DNA of 64,000 bases from an uncultured virus (IMG/VR IMGVR_UViG_2791355164_000002) (Duplodnaviria; Heunggongvirae; Uroviricota; Caudoviricetes). Numbering within the stretch: position 1 is the stretch's first letter; each line of letters opens with the position of its first letter. The translations under genes were made by a program, and so were the position numbers. Shown here in pieces: positions 1 to 9,477 of this stretch. A model generated the notes under the pieces. The model was not told the DNA's origin and did no database searches. It saw nothing but the letters and a program-made list of their open reading frames with translations. The stretch lies in the IMG/VR virus record IMGVR_UViG_2791355164_000002, one strand, 5' to 3'.

Positions 1-132
1 TAACTTCCCTCTGAATAGCTCTATTCGATAAATCAAGAGCATGTTCCCTAAAGCAACGCTAAAAAAATTCACGATCCAGGCGGATTTACGCATTAGCGCA
101 CAAAAGGATTAAAAAAATGAAGTGTCGGTGTC

Positions 133-993
133 TCACTGAAGTTCAGCGTGGCGCGTCTCATAAACCTCAGTCGCGACCGCTGAGAGAACGGAATCTTCCC
201 CGATATGCGCGGTGCAGTAGTGATAGAACTGGTTCAGCTCCTCTACAGTCTTCGCCTTCTGGGCGGCATAGGTGAACGACTCCACCAGCTCGGCAGGCGT
301 GCGGGTTTCTTTCTCGGTGGGGTCGGGCTGCGCCTCTGCTGATCGGTTGATGATCTGATTGAGATCGAGCGCATTTTGTGGCGCAGCAGCGGGCGGCGTC
401 ACATCCCGTTCAACCGGCTGACCCATTTCATCCGGCGTGTATACGCCCAGAATCACATCGGGCGTATAGAGCCGCGCCCAGTATTTCACGGCGAGATAAC
501 CGAGCTGCTGCTTTGTCGCCGTGACCCATAATGGGGAGTTCCTTACCTTCACAAACTCAAGGTAAAGCGGCTCGCCCCATGTCCGTTCGGTATCACCGGC
601 AAGGATTGCGCCGACGCGCACGAACAAGCCTTTCTCAGCGGCAGGGGTGCGATCGCCAGGGCGATGTTTTTCCCACGGTCCACCATACTCATATTCAAAG
701 CGGGAACTCACCGCGCGCGAGCTGGTGACAATCGCGTTCACCAGCTGCGATTCATAACAGAGGTTGCCGTTCACCACGCTGGTTTTCTGCGCGACGGAAT
801 AGGGATTCATGTTCCATTGCACCGCCTGGAGGGCAACAGCCAGACAATCGGCAGGCTTTCCGCTCAGGTGCGCGGGAATGGTGACACGGCTCAGCGCCAT
901 CTGTTCGGCAAACGCCTGAAGCTTTTCAAGACTGGTGGGGTTAAAGATGGCCGAACGGGTATTTGAGGGATCGTGTTGAATGAGGTTGCTCAT
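133..993 (-). CDS. recT: RecT-family ssDNA annealing recombinase
   Basis: IPAHLSGKPADCLAVALQAVQWNMNPYSVAQKT and WARLYTPDVILGVYTPDE motifs; overlaps the upstream RecE-like gene. Confidence 0.88.
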   Translation of the reverse strand: MSNLIQHDPSNTRSAIFNPTSLEKLQAFAEQMALSRVTIPAHLSGKPADCLAVALQAVQWNMNPYSVAQKTSVVNGNLCYESQLVNAIVTSSRAVSSRFEYEYGGPWEKHRPGDRTPAAEKGLFVRVGAILAGDTERTWGEPLYLEFVKVRNSPLWVTATKQQLGYLAVKYWARLYTPDVILGVYTPDEMGQPVERDVTPPAAAPQNALDLNQIINRSAEAQPDPTEKETRTPAELVESFTYAAQKAKTVEELNQFYHYCTAHIGEDSVLSAVATEVYETRHAELQ

Positions 994-1808
994 AAAAAAT
1001 CCTTCTTTTTATCCCAGTCGGGACGGGTGATTTCTTCAATGCCGCCGAAATCCTGTCTGGCAATGGCATCGGCATAGGTGCGAAGGTTCGCCCGAAAGAG
1101 ATGTGTCCCCACCTCGACATCATAAGGCGTCAGGGAAAAGACGCGCACAGGATAGCGTCCACACTCGATCGACTCGCTGACGACAATGAACACGAACATC
1201 GGGGTTTCGCCAAAGTGCTCACGAAACCCTTCACGATAAAAAGCATCCTGAACGTGATAGCGGAATTCGGCGATGTGACGCGGAAAACGCGCCATCTCCG
1301 CGACTTTTTTCACATCGATGATGACCGGCATCGAGGACAGGAACTTATCAGGCCTGATCCGACATAACACATCCGTTTCCCTGTCGCGCCAGTAAATCGA
1401 GGCTTCAGCATGTCCGGCCTGTTCGAGAAGCCAGCGCGCGGAAGGGTGTGCAAGTGTCGAATCACGCATTAGCCCGAGCTTTCGCCATACCTCGGCGGAA
1501 AGCACGGTTTTCTTAAGGGCAGCGGCGCGCCCGAGAAAGGCGCGTTCCTCATCCTTTCCGATATTGGTGCGCCGGTTGAATTCAGGAGACACGATAAAGC
1601 GACTGTCGAATTCATCCGGCTCAAGGAGAAGGCAATGAAGGGCAGTGCCAAAGGTCAGGGGTTCTTTCTTCAGTTCATCTTCCGGGGCGGATTTGCGCCA
1701 CTGATAAACCGCCATGCTGATCGCGATGTCATCGAGCTGGGATTTGCTGATGCCGTCGCCGTGATGATAGTCCGCATTAGAGAGGGAAAAATAAACGCCG
1801 GGATCCAT
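990..1808 (-). CDS. recE: RecE/exonuclease VIII-like PD-(D/E)XK nuclease
   Basis: YHHGDGISKSQLD, FGTALHCLLLEPDEF, CRIRPDK...IIDVKK, YHVQDAFY motifs. Confidence 0.9.
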   Translation of the reverse strand: MDPGVYFSLSNADYHHGDGISKSQLDDIAISMAVYQWRKSAPEDELKKEPLTFGTALHCLLLEPDEFDSRFIVSPEFNRRTNIGKDEERAFLGRAAALKKTVLSAEVWRKLGLMRDSTLAHPSARWLLEQAGHAEASIYWRDRETDVLCRIRPDKFLSSMPVIIDVKKVAEMARFPRHIAEFRYHVQDAFYREGFREHFGETPMFVFIVVSESIECGRYPVRVFSLTPYDVEVGTHLFRANLRTYADAIARQDFGGIEEITRPDWDKKKDFL

Positions 1809-2116
1809 TATCCCTCCCAGCTTTCGCCATTGAGATAACGCTGAATGGCAAACTCGCGGGTCACGCGCGCCTCTAAGGCATCCCAGAAATGCTCAGACAT
1901 CTTTACCTGATAATCCACATCGGAGAAGGACAGCCATTCATCGGCGATTTTGGTGAACTCGTTAGGGTAGTAATCCGCGACGGCATCGAGTAACGGATTC
2001 GGTTTTTTTAACGTATGGAGGCGTTCGACCTCGTGTCGGATGTGTTCCCGGTCCTCATCGGATAAATGGGTGATAATGTCGTTGATGCGTCGGTTGTCAT
2101 GGAGGGAGAGTCGCAT
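1808..2116 (-). CDS. Hypothetical early-left protein
   Basis: 102-aa ORF abutting the recE start, with GAGGG upstream. Confidence 0.7.
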   Translation of the reverse strand: MRLSLHDNRRINDIITHLSDEDREHIRHEVERLHTLKKPNPLLDAVADYYPNEFTKIADEWLSFSDVDYQVKMSEHFWDALEARVTREFAIQRYLNGESWEG

Positions 2117-2215
2117 GTAATACCCTCTGATTGAAGCCAGTCGAGCATGGCTGAAATAAACTCGAACTCAGCGAGATTTTGAGAAGCAGAATCGGTTTTC
2201 ATAAGGCCTTCATAA

Positions 2216-2332
2216 TTAATAAACACTCGGATCGCCTTTCTCTTTTAAAAAGGCGATCAGATTGTGAATTTTGCGGGAAAGATAATGACGAAGGGGAAGG
2301 GAAAGGGTCTGGATCTGAGTAAGGGTGAACAT
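2216..2332 (-). CDS. 38-aa CIII-like peptide (not in ORF track)
   Basis: Read by hand: GGAGGAACC-ATG, MFTLTQIQTLSLPLRHYLSRKIHNLIAFLKEKGDPSVY. The C-terminal half resembles lambda CIII (RLIDILNQPGVP) and the position is cIII-like. Confidence 0.5.
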   Translation of the reverse strand: MFTLTQIQTLSLPLRHYLSRKIHNLIAFLKEKGDPSVY

Positions 2333-2378
2333 GGTTCCTCCAGTAAAAGAAAAGGCCCGAGATGGGCCTAATCAGGAT

Positions 2379-3083
2379 TCAGAGTGATGAACAAAACTTT
2401 TTAAATTCCATCGATATTTTATCGACTTCACCCATCTGGTCATAAAGGGTGTCGAGTGTGCTTTGTACAGCATCATTAGCGACATTTAACCGGGCAATAA
2501 AATCATCGATTTTAGGTTTCAGTTCATTGGTAATAAGATTTGATGTCCTGTCCGAATCGGCTTTATCGGCTTCCATCAGCATTTGTAGCGCGCGCTTGCG
2601 TAGATCTTCGGCTTGATTGCCGCGTGTATCGTCATCGGTTTCAGGTTCATCGACAGAAGCAACAGGTTCGGCCAATTTTATTTCAGGCACGGGTTCTGGC
2701 TCGTCTACCTCATCCGGCTCGGGCGACTCATCCACATCGGGAAGAAGGTGTTTCGGAATATCTTCAACCGGCATCATGCGTTTCGGCTTGATGCCGTTCC
2801 AGTCATATCCGGGTATGGTCGAGGGCAGGGGATATTTCTGATGAAAAAAGAATGTGCAGAGGTTCCCACCTTTGAGAGGTCTTGCCTGGATCACGTTGAT
2901 GCAATCGCGTTCATCGAGATAACGGATCAGAATGTCCTTATCTTTGCGGCTGAGCGAGGCGAAGCTTTTTATTTTCTGGCTCATCTGAGGAAGACGAACA
3001 CCATTACTCATTTTTTCAACAAACGCCTTGACCTCTCCGAGGGGTCTCCAGAGTTTGTTGGGCAGGGTATTTAATGCAGCCAT
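2379..3083 (-). CDS. Hypothetical protein (globular N-terminus, Pro/Glu linker, helical C-terminus)
   Basis: 234-aa ORF with AAGGAG RBS; first clear gene of the pL operon. Confidence 0.8.
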   Translation of the reverse strand: MAALNTLPNKLWRPLGEVKAFVEKMSNGVRLPQMSQKIKSFASLSRKDKDILIRYLDERDCINVIQARPLKGGNLCTFFFHQKYPLPSTIPGYDWNGIKPKRMMPVEDIPKHLLPDVDESPEPDEVDEPEPVPEIKLAEPVASVDEPETDDDTRGNQAEDLRKRALQMLMEADKADSDRTSNLITNELKPKIDDFIARLNVANDAVQSTLDTLYDQMGEVDKISMEFKKFCSSL

Positions 3084-3323
3084 TATAACTCCTTTGTCTT
3101 AAGTTGATGCACGTTATAACGAAACGTTCAAACGATAACTCGGCCAGAAATTTCAGAGGACGAATTAAAATTTCACTTAAGATCCAAAAGGCATTAGCAG
3201 CACTAACGAAAGAGATAAACACAAACCAAAGCCGTCTGGATCCCCGAATATGGACTTAAACAACCACGGCTGAGACAAAAAAGACTCGCAATCTGTGTGA
3301 TTTGTGTTTGCCAACAAACCTAA

Positions 3324-3421
3324 GTATTCATTCGGAATTTTCTGAGCGAGAACGTTCGGAATGAACACCTGACGTTCGCACCATTGCCATTCTTCCTGAA
3401 TCCGCCGGGCGACCGACGTCA
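3324..3421 (-). ncRNA. Putative put-like antiterminator RNA (twin stem-loop) in the pL leader
   Basis: Minus strand: stem 1 TGACGTCG...CGAACGTCA, a single G, then stem 2 GTGTTCATTC...GAATGAATAC, about 20 nt after the predicted pL start. Confidence 0.45.
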
Positions 3422-3446
3422 TTGAGTTGCGCCGTTCAACAGCGCC

Positions 3447-3550
3447 ATTAAATACCATGAGATTTGAACGGTCAACTACTTAGGTTTTAAGAAGGGATGT
3501 CAGAATGTGACTTGTGTCGCAAAGTATGTACTTTTAATCCGTAGGTAGTC
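3447..3550 (-). promoter_or_regulatory. pL promoter and OL operators
   Basis: Minus-strand TTGACC-N17-TTTAAT (3475-3447). Related 16-bp imperfect palindromes at 3450-3465, 3474-3489 and 3535-3550. Confidence 0.6.
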
Positions 3551-3596
3551 ACTTATTCCGATGGAAACGAATCAGGAATAAGTGATTGAAAGGTAA

Positions 3597-4319
3597 TTAA
3601 ACGTTGCGCTGAAGGTAAACGATGCGGCCAAGAATATCGACCTCTCCCATTGGGATCTTCTCGTCCGGGAAAGACTGGGAATTGTAGCTTTTCAGCGTAA
3701 GTTCTGAGGGGCCGGAGCGGTATAATAACCGGACTTTTCGCCAGCTGCTTTGATCCAGCGCATACATTTTGCCATCGACAATCCGTTTATCGTTCATGTC
3801 GACAAGAATCTGCGTTCCCTCTGGCATAACCGGATCCATGTTGTCGCCGGTCACGAAAAAAGCCACAAAGTTCGCGGCAGTTACATTCACACCAAAATCA
3901 GTCAATACGTCCTTTTCTATTCGCATTACGGGACCGTTATATTCAGTGAAAGGAAACGGCGAGTTAGCAAAAGCACTATCTATATCAGGGAGTAAAGGAA
4001 CTGCAATCTCGCCATCGCGATAAGGAAGGGCGAAGTCGATAATCTGAAGGCCTTCAGGATCGGCGGTCAATTCTTCCTGACCTGAAAGGGGATTATCCTC
4101 GCCGGGTTCCGTAATATACTGCGGACCATTACCCGTCAACAACCACTCCGCGCGCACACCGAGTGACTGCGCAATCTCAACAATGCGTTTACTTGATTTG
4201 GCATGTCCTGAAGCCAGTTTGTAAATCGTGCCTTGCGTGACGCCAACCCGTCTCGCCAGTTCACCTTGTGAATATCCTCGTTCAATCAACATCGCTTTCA
4301 GGCGCTCAGCAAGTGACAT
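3597..4319 (-). CDS. cI: CI-like repressor (XRE HTH plus S24-like domain with substituted catalytic residues)
   Basis: HTH SQGELARRVGVTQGTIYKL; C-terminal GDNMDPVMPEG...DGKMYAL...LGRIV; divergent from cro. Confidence 0.92.
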   Translation of the reverse strand: MSLAERLKAMLIERGYSQGELARRVGVTQGTIYKLASGHAKSSKRIVEIAQSLGVRAEWLLTGNGPQYITEPGEDNPLSGQEELTADPEGLQIIDFALPYRDGEIAVPLLPDIDSAFANSPFPFTEYNGPVMRIEKDVLTDFGVNVTAANFVAFFVTGDNMDPVMPEGTQILVDMNDKRIVDGKMYALDQSSWRKVRLLYRSGPSELTLKSYNSQSFPDEKIPMGEVDILGRIVYLQRNV

Positions 4320-4350
4320 CTCAATCTTTGAACCTCGTAGTGTCCAGGTG

Positions 4351-4408
4351 TTGAAAATTGACTACCTGGAGAGTTATGATTTGCTTTCTTTTAAATACTG
4401 AGGTAATT
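4351..4408 (+). promoter_or_regulatory. pR promoter and OR operators
   Basis: TTGAAA-N18-TATGAT (4351-4380); operator-like GACTACCTGGAGAGTT (4360) and AAATACTGAGGTAATT (4393). Confidence 0.55.
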
Positions 4409-4415
4409 AAATCCC

Positions 4416-4631
4416 GTGAATGAAATCATCCGTTTCGCCATCGAGCAAAGCGGAAGCCAGAAGAAACTGGCCGATGCCTGCGGCGTCACACAAGGGGCGG
4501 TGTGGAAATGGCTTCACGGTGTTAACCATGTGTCCCCCCAGTATGTGATCAAGGTGGCACGGGCAACCGATGGACAATTCAAACCACACCAGATTCGCCC
4601 CGATTTACCCGAACTTTTCCCACGAACCTGA
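4416..4631 (+). CDS. cro: Cro/YdaS-family regulator
   Basis: GSQKKLADACGVTQGAVWKWL...IRPDLPELF; divergent from cI. Confidence 0.9.
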   Translation: MNEIIRFAIEQSGSQKKLADACGVTQGAVWKWLHGVNHVSPQYVIKVARATDGQFKPHQIRPDLPELFPRT

Positions 4632-4645
4632 TCGGAATCGTTCAA

Positions 4646-4658
4646 CGCTCTTTAACAA
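4646..4658 (+). promoter_or_regulatory. boxA antitermination element (nutR position)
   Basis: CGCTCTTTAACAA just after cro, followed by the hairpin CGATTAC-TTTC-GTAATCG. Confidence 0.75.
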
Positions 4659-4900
4659 TCTGCGCATTTAAAATGACGATTACTTTCGTAATCGCGCTTG
4701 ATGCGGCGCATCATAGCGCAACAGCAAAGTGAACGCTTTAAAGCCTTGTCTATCGTGTTAATCGGTATCGGCAAGTTTTAAATACATCTGAGGCTGTATC
4801 GTTGAAGATAATGTGACCAGTCTTTAAGTCACGGCTACCTTCGCGGAGTGCTCAGAAGCGTTCGCACCCATACCAATGACAACACTCAGGAGTTTATCTA

Positions 4901-5185
4901 ATGCGAGCTACACAGATTCACACGGCTTTAAAGATTGAGTCGACCCTGTTAAACGCGATTAACCTGCATGGAACAGAGAAGATCGCGAATGCGATAGGGA
5001 TTGATCGATCACAAATTTCTCGCTGGAAAAAAACTCACATTCCTAAATTTGCGCGATTTTTGGCCTATATCGGCCATGATGTTGACGATGAGGATTTGCG
5101 GAGGCTGGCGAAAGAGGTCGCTCAGATCCTGATAAGAGAAATGCGTTCAAATCCTGAGGGAAATGAACGCATTGAGAAGGAATAG
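4901..5185 (+). CDS. cII: CII transcriptional activator
   Basis: ALKIESTLLNAI...GTEKIANAIGIDRSQISRWKK..IPKF closely follows lambda CII. Confidence 0.9.
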   Translation: MRATQIHTALKIESTLLNAINLHGTEKIANAIGIDRSQISRWKKTHIPKFARFLAYIGHDVDDEDLRRLAKEVAQILIREMRSNPEGNERIEKE

Positions 5186-5353
5186 CACAGCAAGTTAAGC
5201 CCCCACATTATTCACGAATCGTCAAGTTCAAACAAGGCAACGCGACCAAATTCGCTTCCTTTGTTCATTCACAACACCCTATCTGAATCACAATAAAAAA
5301 AGGATCTCCGTGGGGCGGAGATCCTTTTGCTGACCAATTTCAGAGGTGAATCT

Positions 5354-5473
5354 ATGAATTCCAGAACGTGTCGGTGTCATTATAACACCGAAAACGAAAT
5401 AAAACGCGCACTAAAAAACATTACATTTATTAAGGTTATTAGCCATGCCTCCCGCAAGGAGGTTCGTCTGTGA
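5354..5473 (+). CDS. 39-aa ORF between cII and O (not in ORF track)
   Basis: AGAGGTG RBS; stop overlaps the GTG start of O (GTGA). Confidence 0.4.
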   Translation: MNSRTCRCHYNTENEIKRALKNITFIKVISHASRKEVRL

Positions 5474-6504
5474 AACCGCGTCTCACGCTGCATGATTTCA
5501 CCCAAGACAATCAGGTCAGGGGTAACAAAGTGCATAACCAGAAACAGGGGCATTTTTCACTGTTTCGAAGTCTTCTCCTGGCAGACTGGGCGAAGGATCC
5601 GATTAAACTCGCCGTCTGGATCCGGCTTCTTTCTGAAGCCTCATTTCGTCCGCGTTCGGTTGAGTTTTTAAATCGCGACTGGCAGCTGAAACCCGGCGAG
5701 CTGGTCACGACATCTACTCTTCTCGCCAGCCGCATTCATGACCATGAAGGTTCGCCGATCTCAAAACGTCACGTCTTGCGGATCCTGAAGTTCTTTGAAC
5801 GCCACAACATGATCATCATGTCGAACACCCCGATCGCGCTGACGATCTTCATCACAAATTATTGCGATTATCAGGAGGTAGACCCGCAATTTGAAAGCAG
5901 ATCACGCGGTACACCCCTCGGTACACCTGACGGTACACCCCACGGTACACCTAATCCCAGTGCTGGCGCGGGTTTGAAGGTGGTAGGCGGTACACCCCCC
6001 GGTACACCTGACGGTACACCCCTCGGTACACAGAACAATACTGATAACAATACTGATCTTAAAAAGATCATGTCGGCGAAACCGAAAAAAACTGGATCCT
6101 CACGAGGATCCCGATCTACCATGCGTCCCGACGCTGCTATTGAATCGCCTTCTGGCCTACACTGGGGAACCGCCGATGATCTTACCCTCGCTGAATGGAT
6201 GTGTTCGCTGGTGGAAGGGCTGGGCATCAAGCTCAAAAAAATCAGCTGGTCGGGTTGGGCGAATCAAATTCGGTTACTTCGCGAGAATGAATCTTGCGAT
6301 CACCAGCAGATAGCCACAGTTTTCAAATGGGCCAATTCTGATAGATTTTGGCAAGAAATTGTGTTAAGTCCTACAAAACTTCGTGACCACTGGGACAGTC
6401 TTTATTTGCAGTCCCAGTTGAAGAACCGAAAAGTCAATGTCGGGAAACATCAGAATCAACTCGATTTTGATAACACCGACTGGGCTGAGGGACTTGAATT
6501 ATGA
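5470..6504 (+). CDS. Replication initiator (O-like)
   Basis: Internal iterons; lambda O-like C-terminus WANSDRFWQEIVLSPTKLRDHWDSL...LDFDNTDW. Confidence 0.9.
   Translation: MKPRLTLHDFTQDNQVRGNKVHNQKQGHFSLFRSLLLADWAKDPIKLAVWIRLLSEASFRPRSVEFLNRDWQLKPGELVTTSTLLASRIHDHEGSPISKRHVLRILKFFERHNMIIMSNTPIALTIFITNYCDYQEVDPQFESRSRGTPLGTPDGTPHGTPNPSAGAGLKVVGGTPPGTPDGTPLGTQNNTDNNTDLKKIMSAKPKKTGSSRGSRSTMRPDAAIESPSGLHWGTADDLTLAEWMCSLVEGLGIKLKKISWSGWANQIRLLRENESCDHQQIATVFKWANSDRFWQEIVLSPTKLRDHWDSLYLQSQLKNRKVNVGKHQNQLDFDNTDWAEGLEL
5908..6069 (+). repeat. Replication origin: eight GGTACAC-N5 iterons in two blocks of four, followed by AT-rich repeats
   Basis: Iterons start at 5908, 5920, 5932, 5944 and 5989, 6001, 6013, 6025; then AACAATACTGAT x2 and GATCTTAAAAAGATC. 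Confidence 0.88.
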
Positions 6505-7190
6505 AACAATTTGCCCAGGCAATAAAAAATCAGGACACTCGCCAGCTTTCTTTGCTGGCACAGTCACACAACGAAAAGCGTTCGGATATATTACCGAAAG
6601 AAGCGATTGAAACCTTCAACGTGTTATTCAAGCAACTCCGCGCCACTTTTCCGGCCATGATGAATCAGATTCAGGATCAGCAGCAATTAAACGAGCTGCG
6701 ACGCCAATGGATAAAAGCCATTGCTGAAAATGAGATTTATCATTCAGACCAGATAGAAGCCGGAATGAGAAGGGCGCGCCAACATGATAAGCCTTTTCTT
6801 CCTTCGCCTGGTGAATTTATATCGTGGTGCAAAGCAGGGGAAATAAATAAGTTCGGTTTGCCGGATGCATCCGATCTATACGATCTCGTGATGCGTTTCA
6901 GGGCAACCCGTTTTCAGTTTCGTTCTGCTGAAGATTATCCCTGGCAAGATAACGCGCAATACTGGTTAGTGACGGCTGTCAGTGCAAAAATGACGAGCCT
7001 TTCCTTAACCGTTTCAGAAGCGCTGAAAGTCTGTGATCAGGAAATAAAAAAACTTGCCGCGAAACTTTCCTCTGGTTTTTCTGTTCCGTCACCCATCCCA
7101 CAAGTCGAACAGAAAACCATTACGTCATCACCTGAAGTGGCGCGCCGCCATATCGCCAAAATGAAAGCGATGCTGAAAGCCAGTCATTAA
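6501..7190 (+). CDS. Replication protein P (helicase loader)
   Basis: FKQLRATFPA, RRQWIKAIAENEI, PFLPSPGEFISWC match lambda P. Confidence 0.9.
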   Translation: MKQFAQAIKNQDTRQLSLLAQSHNEKRSDILPKEAIETFNVLFKQLRATFPAMMNQIQDQQQLNELRRQWIKAIAENEIYHSDQIEAGMRRARQHDKPFLPSPGEFISWCKAGEINKFGLPDASDLYDLVMRFRATRFQFRSAEDYPWQDNAQYWLVTAVSAKMTSLSLTVSEALKVCDQEIKKLAAKLSSGFSVPSPIPQVEQKTITSSPEVARRHIAKMKAMLKASH

Positions 7191-7319
7191 ATAAAGGGCG
7201 TTCGCGCCCTTATTTCAGACCGTTTCTATGATGAATTTGGCCATGCTATGCTGGCCAGAATGGCATTCTCTCCAAGATTTGATTTGTGAACTTTCTCCCC
7301 TGAAGTAAAAGAGACTGTT

Positions 7320-8591
7320 ATGAAATTGGATCTGCATCATGGTGACTGTTTGGATGTGCTTAAAACCCTGCCTGAAAACTCTGTTGACAGTATCATTACC
7401 GATCCACCGTATGGCTTAAGCAAACCTCCCGATATGACCGAAGTCTTAACGCGCTGGCTTAACGGCGATGATTACGAACATCGAGGGAATGGGTTCATGG
7501 GGAAGAGCTGGGATAGTTTTGTGCCAGGACCGTCAGTCTGGCGTGAATGTCTTCGCGTCCTCAAACCGGGTGGTCATCTTCTCTCCTTCTTTGGCGCACG
7601 AACCTATGATTTAGGGACGACAGCGATTCGCATGGCCGGGTTTGAAATCAGGGATCAAATTATGTGGGTTTACGGGTCAGGGTTCCCTAAATCTCACAAT
7701 ATCAGCAAGGCAATCGATAAATCTGAAGGCGTTGAACCGACCGTTATCGGCCATAGCTCAAACGGCATCGCGGGCGGAACGGGTGAGTTCACGTCAGGGA
7801 ATCCTGACAGCGCCGGTTATAAAAGTGACTTTGATTTGACGGTCCCCACTTCAGAACACGCTAAAGAGTGGGATGGTTGGGGAACGGCGCTTAAACCTGC
7901 CCATGAGCCGATTTGTATGGCCCGTAAACCTTTTTCCGGGCCGGTTGCTGCGAATGTTCTCGCGCATGGAACGGGTGCAATAAATATCGATGCCTGTCGT
8001 ATTGGAAATGAAACGCGCTACAACCCACCTTCTCATAACAAACCAGGAGGGAACAGTTTACAGATGTCGGTTTCAGGAATGCCTGAGGAAGGCACAGGAT
8101 CGCTTGTCGATGGCCGCTGGCCTGCAAACTTCTGTCATGATGGCAGTGTTGAGGTCACAAAACTTTTCCCTCATTCCTCATCCACAGGGAACCGGAGCGA
8201 GGCGAGCCGTCAGACGACCGTCAAAGGAACAAAATTCCTCATGGATAACCACCTGAGCCGTGAATATAACGATTCAGGCAGCGTGGCCCGCTATTTCTAT
8301 TGTGCCAAAACCGGCAAACTCGATCGGGAAGAGGGCGTTTCAATCGTTTCTAATTCACGATCTAAAAATAATCATCCCACGGTAAAACCCACGAGCCTGA
8401 TGGGCTGGCTTTGTTTGCTGGTGACACCACCCGGCGGAACCATTCTCGATCCCTATATGGGCAGCGGGTCGACCGGTAAAGCGGCGGCCATTCATGGATT
8501 CGATTTTATTGGCATTGAAAAAGAGGCGGATTATCTCTCAATCGCGCGTCAGCGCATTGAATTTAAGCGAGACCAGAAACAGGAGGAGTGA
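7320..8591 (+). CDS. Orphan N6A/N4C DNA methyltransferase (beta class)
   Basis: TDPPY precedes HPTVKP and the SAM-binding motif LDPYMGSGSTG; no adjacent restriction gene. Confidence 0.9.
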   Translation: MKLDLHHGDCLDVLKTLPENSVDSIITDPPYGLSKPPDMTEVLTRWLNGDDYEHRGNGFMGKSWDSFVPGPSVWRECLRVLKPGGHLLSFFGARTYDLGTTAIRMAGFEIRDQIMWVYGSGFPKSHNISKAIDKSEGVEPTVIGHSSNGIAGGTGEFTSGNPDSAGYKSDFDLTVPTSEHAKEWDGWGTALKPAHEPICMARKPFSGPVAANVLAHGTGAINIDACRIGNETRYNPPSHNKPGGNSLQMSVSGMPEEGTGSLVDGRWPANFCHDGSVEVTKLFPHSSSTGNRSEASRQTTVKGTKFLMDNHLSREYNDSGSVARYFYCAKTGKLDREEGVSIVSNSRSKNNHPTVKPTSLMGWLCLLVTPPGGTILDPYMGSGSTGKAAAIHGFDFIGIEKEADYLSIARQRIEFKRDQKQEE

Positions 8592-9046
8592 TGTTAATCC
8601 CAGCTGAAGGGATTCGGATAAATCAGCTCAATTTTGTCGATATTAAACGCGCGCTCGAAACGGAACTTCGAGCGGGTCGTTCATTCAGGCTTCGGCTTGA
8701 ACCGTGGTCCGAAAAACGCACCCTCTCACAGAACGCCATGTTCCATGCCTGGATGGGTGAACTGAGCCGGTATCTGATCCTTCATGGTCGCTCGTTTTGC
8801 ACACCCGCCTGGTGCAAAGACGCGATGAAATATACCTTCCTCGGCTTCGAGGAGACCACTTACACCGATGTCACGACAGGCGCTCAGATTGTGAGGGAAA
8901 CCTTACGCCATACCTCTAAGCTCAGGGTCGGTGAAATGTTCCAGTTCATGACGAAGGTTCAGGCGTGGTGTCTCGATATTGGCTGTTTTGTTCGCGTCCC
9001 CGTTAACTCTGAATACTTCGCTCTGAAACGCCAACAAGAGGAATGA
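8588..9046 (+). CDS. NinB/YbcN-family protein
   Basis: KRTLSQNAMFHAW and LRHTSKLRVGEM motifs; nin-region position. Confidence 0.75.
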   Translation: MMLIPAEGIRINQLNFVDIKRALETELRAGRSFRLRLEPWSEKRTLSQNAMFHAWMGELSRYLILHGRSFCTPAWCKDAMKYTFLGFEETTYTDVTTGAQIVRETLRHTSKLRVGEMFQFMTKVQAWCLDIGCFVRVPVNSEYFALKRQQEE

Positions 9047-9477
9047 TCATGGCATCAGATAACGAAAACAACGTGGTCAGCATTTGGGAAAGGTCGGATC
9101 CCAACGCTGACATCAATGAAATGAAGAATTTTGTCGAAGCAGAACCGCCGCCTGAGGCTCGGCATTGTACCCATTCGAGCATTCTGGTTAATGAATACCA
9201 TCGATCAATAACCTGCCGTCACTGTCACGCCACCCTTGAACCGTTCGAATATCTGCTTCGCCTTGCCAAAAAAGAGACCCGCATAGACTGGGATCTTCGC
9301 GCGCTGCGCGCAGAGGTAAAGCGTCGGCGGGAAGGGCTTGATAACCTGAAACGGGAAGAGACCAATACCCGCGCACGGATTAAAACCGCGTCTTTCAGAC
9401 TTAACGATATTACCGTTGCCATCAATGCGGCGAGCGATTCGCTTCTTCAGTTAAAGGGGTGTCATGGAAAACGATGA
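9043..9477 (+). CDS. Hypothetical protein with possible Zn ribbon and coiled coil
   Basis: CTH...CRHC motif; coupled to neighbouring genes. Confidence 0.7.
   Translation: MIMASDNENNVVSIWERSDPNADINEMKNFVEAEPPPEARHCTHSSILVNEYHRSITCRHCHATLEPFEYLLRLAKKETRIDWDLRALRAEVKRRREGLDNLKREETNTRARIKTASFRLNDITVAINAASDSLLQLKGCHGKR

Noticed and set aside
2008..2226. 72-aa minus-strand ORF
   Set aside because: Overlaps 1808-2116 by about 110 bp on the same strand and has no recognisable motif; not supportable.
3177..3458. 93-aa ORF as an N antiterminator
   Set aside because: Its start lies inside the predicted pL promoter, it lacks an RBS and Arg-rich motif, and the region is better explained as structured RNA.
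5908..6036. Short regular repeats as a CRISPR array
   Set aside because: 12-bp units without unique spacers, inside the O gene, and no cas genes; they fit iterons.
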